A DNA stretch of 10,110 nucleotides, taken from IMG/VR virus record IMGVR_UViG_3300010280_000146. The stretch is one strand, 5' to 3'. A model generated the notes under the pieces. The model searched no databases. It was not told where the DNA came from and was given only the letters and a program-made list of their open reading frames with translations. A program made the translations under genes and the position numbers. This DNA comes from a virus. Lineage: Duplodnaviria > Heunggongvirae > Uroviricota > Caudoviricetes. Positions 6,091-10,110 of the stretch are shown here, in pieces (positions within the stretch are counted from its first letter, which is position 1; each line of letters begins with the position of its first letter).

Positions 6091-6127
6091 TTGATTTTTG
6101 TTACCTTATGGGTGAATATTTATTATC
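6091..6127 (+). promoter_or_regulatory. Putative pR-like promoter for the Cro-like gene (element assignment ambiguous)
   Basis: Candidate -35 TTGATT (6091-6096) or TTGTTA (6099-6104) with -10 TATTAT (6121-6126, 16-bp spacer from the latter); overlaps operator-like site 3. Confidence 0.3.
6101..6115. promoter_or_regulatory. Operator-like site TTACC TTATG GGTGA (divergent promoter region, site 3)
   Basis: Left half-site perfect, right half-site 4 of 5; overlaps the candidate rightward promoter. Confidence 0.35.
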
Positions 6128-6151
6128 TGAAATAAATATCAGGCAATAGCT

Positions 6152-6382
6152 ATGAGCGATAACGGACATTTCGATTTCAAAAAGCACTGGCTTGCACTTA
6201 CTCCGGATGAGCGTGAAGCCTTCGCACAGGAAGCCGGAACGACGAGTCACTATATCCAGACTCACTTAACAGGTAAGCGCAAAATGCCAGGTAAGGTATT
6301 GATGAATGGGCTTTTTAAAGCCTGTAAAACAAGACAATGGCTGCGCTCAAAAGCGGAACTGGCATACTTCTTCTACTCATGA
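6152..6382 (+). CDS. Cro/YdaS-like small HTH regulator
   Basis: 76 aa; LTPDEREAFAQEAGTTSHYIQTHLTGKRKMPGKVLMNGLFKACK fits Cro/CI-type and YdaS-like HTH proteins. Divergent from the repressor candidate and followed by a terminator. Confidence 0.7.
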   Translation: MSDNGHFDFKKHWLALTPDEREAFAQEAGTTSHYIQTHLTGKRKMPGKVLMNGLFKACKTRQWLRSKAELAYFFYS

Positions 6383-6403
6383 TATCTGGCAACAACCCTC
6401 TGT

Positions 6404-6427
6404 AGACCGCCATCCGGCGGTCTTTTC
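6404..6427 (+). terminator. Rho-independent terminator directly after the Cro-like gene
   Basis: Stem AGACCGCC (6404-6411) / GGCGGTCT (6416-6423), loop ATCC, then a short T-run (6424-6426). Confidence 0.55.
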
Positions 6428-6437
6428 ATATCTATTC

Positions 6438-6452
6438 GTACCTCAAAGGTAA
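6438..6452. promoter_or_regulatory. Operator-like site GTACC TCAAA GGTAA upstream of the replication operon
   Basis: 9 of 10 half-site positions match TTACC/GGTAA; lies between the cro terminator and the 66-aa gene, followed by a TTGATA -35-like hexamer at 6470-6475. Confidence 0.3.
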
Positions 6453-6532
6453 TAAAAAACCAAATCTGGTTGATATTTTTTTTGTGTCAGCACAAAATAA
6501 CCGTAATCCCAATACTAATAACAGGGCTTACC

Positions 6533-6733
6533 ATGGAAATCATTACACGTATTGATGCCGCAAAGCGCGGACTTAAACGCTACTACACCGGAAAACCATG
6601 TAAGCACGGACATGACAGTGAACGCTGGGTTTACAACGGACACTGTGTTGAGTGCACCATGGAATCAAACCGTCGCATCAGGGCAGAGATTAAGCAGATC
6701 ATGATTAATTCCTCCCCACAACATTCAAGCTGA
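6533..6733 (+). CDS. Small Cys/His-containing (putative zinc-binding) protein at the cII-equivalent position
   Basis: Preferred internal ATG 6533 of track ORF 6470..6733. 66 aa, MEIITRIDAAKRGLKRYYTGKPCKHGHDSERWVYNGHCVECT..., with a C-x-H-x-H ... C-x-x-C arrangement. The track's upstream extension is hydrophobic and lies in promoter DNA. Confidence 0.55.
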   Translation: MEIITRIDAAKRGLKRYYTGKPCKHGHDSERWVYNGHCVECTMESNRRIRAEIKQIMINSSPQHSS

Positions 6734-6748
6734 TAGCGGAGATTAATC

Positions 6749-7564
6749 ATGAGCAGACATGCAACAGATTGGGCCTGGGAGACAGATCCAGGTAGCTCGT
6801 CATTAAAGCTCATACTGCTCTCGATGGCTGACAGAGCCGATGAATATAACCTCTGCTACCCCAGCATAGAACGCCTCGTTAAAGACACTTGTCTGAATAA
6901 AAAAACCGTGCAGGCCGGGCTTATATCGCTCATGAAAATGGGGCTTATTTCAGATACCGGAGAGAGAAAGGGAGCGACAAAAAGAGTGCGGGTTTTCTCT
7001 CTTAATATAACCAAAAACGGGAACATTAAAGGCAACCGGGAGGGGGGCAATGAACCCGAAAACGGTAATGTTACCGAAAACGGGAATATACCCAAAAACG
7101 GGATGTTGAATGATCCCAAAAACGGGATGTTGAATGATCCCAAAAACGGGATCCAGAACCAGTCATATAACCGGTCATTTAACCAAGAGAGGGAGAGCAG
7201 GACAAAAAACGGGGATTCTGTGTCTCATGACCCCGGCGCAAACAACGCCGTGATGAATAACTTTGTTCCTCCTGGTGGGCCAGGGCAATTAGGCAAATTT
7301 GTCATGCATGAACAATGGCAGCCATCAGATGACTTTCTTCGGAAAAGCTCATTGCAGGGAATCTACCTGGATAGTCTGCCAACGGCACAGGAACTTGCAG
7401 AGTTCAGAATTTACTGGATGGCTGAGGGTAAGGCATACCATCAGGCACAGTGGGAGCAGAAGCTGGCAAGGCGGCTGCAGATTAGCAGACAGAAGCAATC
7501 AACATTACCTGATAACAACGTTCCGCACTGGAACAGCCCTGAAGCGTGGGAGGATTTCTTGTGA
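6749..7564 (+). CDS. Replication initiator (O-like): N-terminal winged-HTH domain, Asn/Gly-rich repeat linker, C-terminal DnaT-like domain
   Basis: 271 aa. N-terminus MSRHATDWAWE...LKLILLSMADRADE...SIERLVKDTCLNKKTVQAGLISLMKMGLIS (HTH_36-like). C-terminus WQPSDDFLRKSSLQGIYLDSLPTAQELAEFRIYWMAEGKAYHQAQWEQKLARRLQISRQ closely parallels the E. coli DnaT C-terminal region (WQPDADF...[29 protein letters not shown], recalled). RBS GGAG 8 nt upstream. Confidence 0.85.
   Translation: MSRHATDWAWETDPGSSSLKLILLSMADRADEYNLCYPSIERLVKDTCLNKKTVQAGLISLMKMGLISDTGERKGATKRVRVFSLNITKNGNIKGNREGGNEPENGNVTENGNIPKNGMLNDPKNGMLNDPKNGIQNQSYNRSFNQERESRTKNGDSVSHDPGANNAVMNNFVPPGGPGQLGKFVMHEQWQPSDDFLRKSSLQGIYLDSLPTAQELAEFRIYWMAEGKAYHQAQWEQKLARRLQISRQKQSTLPDNNVPHWNSPEAWEDFL
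7011..7150 (+). repeat. Iteron-like direct repeats inside the O-like gene (candidate origin of replication)
   Basis: Six copies of the core C(C)nAAAACGG(G) at 7011, 7055, 7075, 7091, 7115 and 7139, including two exact 24-bp tandem units CCCAAAAACGGGATGTTGAATGAT (7091-7114, 7115-7138); they encode the repeated NGMLNDPK linker. Confidence 0.6.
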
Positions 7565-8346
7565 ACAACGTTTTTACCGCGATACAAAACCGTGACGGAG
7601 AAGCCCTTTCTCGCATGTCAGGTTATGAGCATCAGTACACCAACAATGACAACGTGGTGAACATGTCAGCAGAGAGGCTTGTTGATGCCCTTTTCAAACA
7701 GCTGAAACAACTGTTTCCGGCGGCAGTGGTAACCAACCTGAAGACGCCAGAGCAGGAAGTTGCTGCAAAACAGCAGTGGATTGCTGCGTTTGCCGAAGGG
7801 GGGATCCGAACCCGTGAACAGGTTTCTGCTGGTATGCGCCACGCCCGCGCCAGTGAATCTCCGTTCTGGCCGTCGCCAGGGCAATTCATCAAGTGGTGTA
7901 AAGACAGCAAGATGGTTCTTGGCGTCACCATTGACGATGTGATGGCGGAGTTTCACCGGTACAGCAAGGAAAAAAGTTTATATCCTGGTGGTCCCGAAAG
8001 ATTCCCGTGGCGGCATCCGGTTATGTACTGGGTCGTATGTGATACCCGCCGTGCAATGTATCAGCGCCAGCTTAGCGAGATTGAGGTTGAGAAACACGCG
8101 CGCAGGCTGCTCGATGATTGGGCGAAAAAGGTGGCTTCCGGACAGCAGATACCCGATCCGGTGATCAGCATACAGGCAAAGCCAGAGCCCATGAGTACAC
8201 CTCCGGACACAGGGAGAGACGTTTACCATCCACCAGGGCGAAGTTTCGGGTGCATGCCTAACGCCGCCACTCTGGGGGGAATAACACCGGCGCAGTGGCT
8301 GATGGAGGAATACAGGCGGGGAAAGGCGGCAGGATTTATCAAGTAA
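7561..8346 (+). CDS. Lambda P-like replication protein (DnaB helicase loader)
   Basis: GTG 7561 with GGGAGG 7 nt upstream, overlapping the O-like stop (GTGA). FPAAVVTNLKTPEQEVAAKQQWIAAFAEGGIRTREQVSAGMRHARASESPFWPSPGQFIKWC parallels lambda P (FPASLANRDQNEVNEIRRQWVLAFRENGITTMEQVNAGMRVARRQNRPFLPSPGQFVAWC, recalled). The track start at 7546 is an alternative. Confidence 0.75.
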   Translation: MNNVFTAIQNRDGEALSRMSGYEHQYTNNDNVVNMSAERLVDALFKQLKQLFPAAVVTNLKTPEQEVAAKQQWIAAFAEGGIRTREQVSAGMRHARASESPFWPSPGQFIKWCKDSKMVLGVTIDDVMAEFHRYSKEKSLYPGGPERFPWRHPVMYWVVCDTRRAMYQRQLSEIEVEKHARRLLDDWAKKVASGQQIPDPVISIQAKPEPMSTPPDTGRDVYHPPGRSFGCMPNAATLGGITPAQWLMEEYRRGKAAGFIK

Positions 8347-8383
8347 TACCAGCGCGATAGCGCATTTTTTTACGCCTTGATAA

Positions 8384-8398
8384 TTACCTTTTGGGTAA
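8384..8398. promoter_or_regulatory. Operator-like palindrome TTACC TTTTG GGTAA downstream of the P-like gene
   Basis: Perfect inverted half-sites in the AT-rich intergenic region 8347-8463. Confidence 0.4.
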
Positions 8399-8445
8399 TA
8401 AAGTATTCTAAACTCTATTGATTTCGTGTCTTATGTGGTTTTTAA

Positions 8446-8460
8446 TTACCTCAGGGGTAA
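8446..8460. promoter_or_regulatory. Operator-like palindrome TTACC TCAGG GGTAA abutting the DUF1064 gene start
   Basis: Perfect inverted half-sites ending 3 nt before ATG 8464 and overlapping the likely RBS; centre 62 bp from site 8384-8398. Confidence 0.4.
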
Positions 8461-8463
8461 ATC

Positions 8464-8808
8464 ATGAGAAAACAGATACAGGCTCTTGGTCGACTCAAAA
8501 CAGGCCAGATGAACAAAACAGAATCTGCGTATTGCCAGCACCTTGAGCTGCGTAAACGTGCAGGAGAAATCGTCTGGTATCGATTTGAGGGTATCAAGCT
8601 GCGGTTAGCTGACAACACGTTCTATACGCCCGATTTTGCTGTGATGCTCGCCACCGGCGAGATGGAACTGCACGAAGTGAAAGGTTTCTGGACCGACGAC
8701 GCCAGGGTGAAAACCAAAGTCGCCGCAGATCAGTATCCGTTCCGAATCATCGGGGTAACGGTTAAACCAAAGAAAGCAGGTGGTGGCTGGAACATCGAAG
8801 AGTTCTGA
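8464..8808 (+). CDS. DUF1064-family phage protein (nuclease-like fold, function unknown)
   Basis: 114 aa; NKTESAYCQHLELRKRAGEIVWYRFEGIKLRL...YTPDFAVMLATGEMELHEVKGFWTDDARVKTKVAADQYP fits the DUF1064 pattern as recalled. Confidence 0.65.
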   Translation: MRKQIQALGRLKTGQMNKTESAYCQHLELRKRAGEIVWYRFEGIKLRLADNTFYTPDFAVMLATGEMELHEVKGFWTDDARVKTKVAADQYPFRIIGVTVKPKKAGGGWNIEEF

Positions 8809-8848
8809 ATCGACGATCTTTTTAGTTATCAATGTAATCAATAAGTTA

Positions 8849-8857
8849 TGTGGATAA
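8849..8857 (-). promoter_or_regulatory. Consensus DnaA box (TTATCCACA on the minus strand) upstream of the 187-aa gene
   Basis: Plus-strand TGTGGATAA at 8849-8857 is the exact reverse complement of the DnaA box consensus; a single copy, so chance cannot be excluded. Confidence 0.25.
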
Positions 8858-8869
8858 GCGAGGGTAAAG

Positions 8870-9433
8870 ATGGAAAGTAATATCAAAGGGTTAGTTGCCG
8901 CCGGGCATGAGATGGCTTCGGAACTGAAAGCAGAATGTGGTGCCGTTGATATGCGCAGCGTGGCAAAGCTGATCAGCGATTTGGCAACGCAACTGGAAGT
9001 GCAACTGGTGCGTGCTAATGCGCTGGCCGAAGACCAGCAGAAAGCGATTGAGTCAATTAAGCAGGCTGATGCGGCTGTTAAGTTGGCACACGAGAAGTTT
9101 TCGGCGCTGGCGGCGGAGAATGCGGGGCTGAAGTCTGGCGCTATGGACGAAATCAAGGTTATCAACCGTGGAGGGCAGGCATATTGTGTAAAAGATGGCG
9201 TGCAAGTTAATCCCATGTATGCAAGAGGGTGGAATGACTATCGCGCAAAGTCTCTGCAATCAGACCCCCCAGCCACCGATGCTTTCCTGGCTGAAATTGA
9301 ACGCAAAGCAATCCGCAAGTTCATTAACAGCATTGAACACATCCTGCGTGACAAGTTGTCACCGTATGACACCGAAGAGATGCTTGAGACTATGCGTATT
9401 TTTCTGGAAGAACAGGGAGGCGAGCAAAAATGA
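8870..9433 (+). CDS. Hypothetical protein (187 aa) with a predicted coiled-coil N-terminal half
   Basis: RBS GAGGG 5 nt upstream of ATG 8870; Ala/Glu/Lys-rich heptad-like N-terminal region; no family recognised. Confidence 0.6.
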   Translation: MESNIKGLVAAGHEMASELKAECGAVDMRSVAKLISDLATQLEVQLVRANALAEDQQKAIESIKQADAAVKLAHEKFSALAAENAGLKSGAMDEIKVINRGGQAYCVKDGVQVNPMYARGWNDYRAKSLQSDPPATDAFLAEIERKAIRKFINSIEHILRDKLSPYDTEEMLETMRIFLEEQGGEQK

Positions 9434-9732
9434 CAATCACAAAACAACGAGTAGAAAAAATCATATATCGCCATGAAATGGGACTGAACAGCGATGTCAC
9501 TGCCGAAGAGGTTTATGACCTGGCTGTACTGGCGCTGAATTTATCAAATATCGCAAACCTGAAGCGATACGAGCTTGATATGGGTGGTTGTGACTCGTTC
9601 GGTCAGGATTGTGGCGCTGACATGACTGAAGATTCTGATGGCGATTATGTCCTGTTTGATGACGTGGTTAAGTTGTTTGAGCTTGATACATTCGAAAGCC
9701 CAGCAAAGGAGGCAACCAGTGAGCAAGATTGA
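9430..9732 (+). CDS. Hypothetical acidic protein (100 aa)
   Basis: ATGA overlap with the upstream gene stop at 9430-9433; acidic C-terminal half (DSDGDYVLFDD...); no family recognised. Confidence 0.5.
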   Translation: MTITKQRVEKIIYRHEMGLNSDVTAEEVYDLAVLALNLSNIANLKRYELDMGGCDSFGQDCGADMTEDSDGDYVLFDDVVKLFELDTFESPAKEATSEQD

Positions 9733-10110
9733 CTATCAGGCACTGCGTGAAAAGGCAGAGCGTGCAATTCCGGCAATGGAACGCCTGTTAATGTTGCCAG
9801 TTGATGATGATCTGATAAGCGAACAGGAACTTAAAGATTACGGTGTGGATATTGATGCGCTCAACGCCTTCAAATTTCTGACCGGACCAGAAACCGTGCA
9901 GGCGCTGCTGGATGAACGGGAAAGAAACCAGCAATACATCAAACGCCGTGACCAGGAGAACGAGGATATTGCGCTAACGGTTGGGAGGCTGCTAATCGAA
10001 AACGGCCAGCTTGTTGCCGATACGCTACGCCACTTAGCTGATAACGAAATCGACTCTGATTATTTTGCTATCACCTCAACGAATGAGAACGGTACTGAAA
10101 TTGATCATGA
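9719..10110 (+). CDS. Hypothetical protein, 3'-truncated by the window edge (not in the ORF track because no stop is reached)
   Basis: GTG 9719 with AAGGAGG (9706-9712) 6 nt upstream; open frame to the window end, hand-translated as MSKIDYQALREKAERAIPAMERLLMLPVDDDLISEQELKDYGVDIDALNAF.... Start overlaps the previous gene by 14 nt. Possible resemblance to Ead/Ea22-like N-termini is only a weak recollection. Confidence 0.5.
   Translation, partial: MSKIDYQALREKAERAIPAMERLLMLPVDDDLISEQELKDYGVDIDALNAFKFLTGPETVQALLDERERNQQYIKRRDQENEDIALTVGRLLIENGQLVADTLRHLADNEIDSDYFAITSTNENGTEIDH

Larger units (their letters stand above)
122..10110. mobile_element. Left (attL-proximal) part of a lambdoid-type prophage or phage-derived island inserted downstream of guaA; right boundary lies outside the window
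   Basis: Contiguous phage modules directly after a host housekeeping gene: integrase, excisionase-like, Bet/exonuclease, repressor/cro-like pair, O-like and P-like replication genes. Exact att core cannot be defined from one end. Confidence 0.8.

Noticed and set aside
168-6401. Shared 10-mer CAACCCTCTG in the guaA terminator and upstream of the cro terminator
   Set aside because: A single shared 10-mer in 10 kb is expected by chance; no extended similarity.
6470-6532. Upstream extension of the 66-aa gene (track start at 6470)
   Set aside because: The extension is hydrophobic, lies in promoter DNA, and the internal ATG 6533 has a better-placed RBS.
6631-7143. Minus-strand ORFs 6631..6813 and 6856..7143
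   Set aside because: Antisense to the 66-aa and O-like genes; the second is a by-product of the iteron repeats.
7011-7150. Tandem repeats considered as a CRISPR array
   Set aside because: Units are short, imperfectly spaced, lack spacer-like unique inserts, and lie in-frame inside a replication initiator gene; iterons explain them.
7546-7560. Track start GTG 7546 for the P-like gene
   Set aside because: GTG 7561 has a GGGAGG RBS at ideal spacing and gives a GTGA overlap with the O-like stop; 7546 has no RBS. The true start remains unverified.
7299-8229. ORFs 7299..7595 (+), 7632..7931 (-), 7666..7956 (-), 7760..7942 (+) and 7978..8229 (-)
   Set aside because: Overlap the O-like and P-like CDSs in other frames or on the other strand.
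8605-9216. 203-aa minus-strand ORF spanning the DUF1064 gene 3' end and the 187-aa gene
   Set aside because: Ser/Ala/Cys-rich low-complexity product typical of an antisense frame; overlaps two better-supported plus-strand genes.
9053-9726. ORFs 9053..9259 (-), 9195..9476 (+), 9238..9474 (-) and 9544..9726 (-)
   Set aside because: Overlap the 187-aa and 100-aa plus-strand genes; no RBS and poor composition.

Overview
This window looks like the attL-proximal ~10 kb of a mosaic lambdoid-type prophage (or a large phage-derived island) inserted just downstream of the host guaA gene in an enterobacterial chromosome; the element continues past the right edge. All calls are from reading the sequence and the supplied ORF track against remembered protein families; no searches were run. 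Layout, left to right: the guaA 3' end with its terminator (2-200); a P4-type tyrosine integrase reading inward (314-1564); a convergent, translationally coupled leftward operon (5259 down to 1568) encoding two small unknown proteins, a RecE-like PD-(D/E)XK exonuclease, a Bet-like annealing protein, an AlpA/Xis-like excisionase, an unknown ORF, an MT-A70 DNA adenine methyltransferase and a small unknown protein; an immunity region with a leftward tandem-HTH repressor candidate (5413-5997) and a divergent Cro/YdaS-like gene (6152-6382); a replication module with a small Cys/His protein, an O-like initiator carrying in-gene iterons and a DnaT-like C-terminus, and a lambda P-like helicase loader (6533-8346); then a DUF1064 gene and three unknown genes (8464-10110). 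The most notable sequence-level observation is a 15-bp palindrome, TTACC-N5-GGTAA, found as five perfect and four near-perfect copies, all in intergenic regions: upstream of int, at the leftward and rightward early promoters, after the cro terminator, and upstream of the DUF1064 gene. I see no CRISPR array, tRNA, rRNA or recognisable defence system; candidate novel content is the small unannotated genes and the accessory genes at the right edge.
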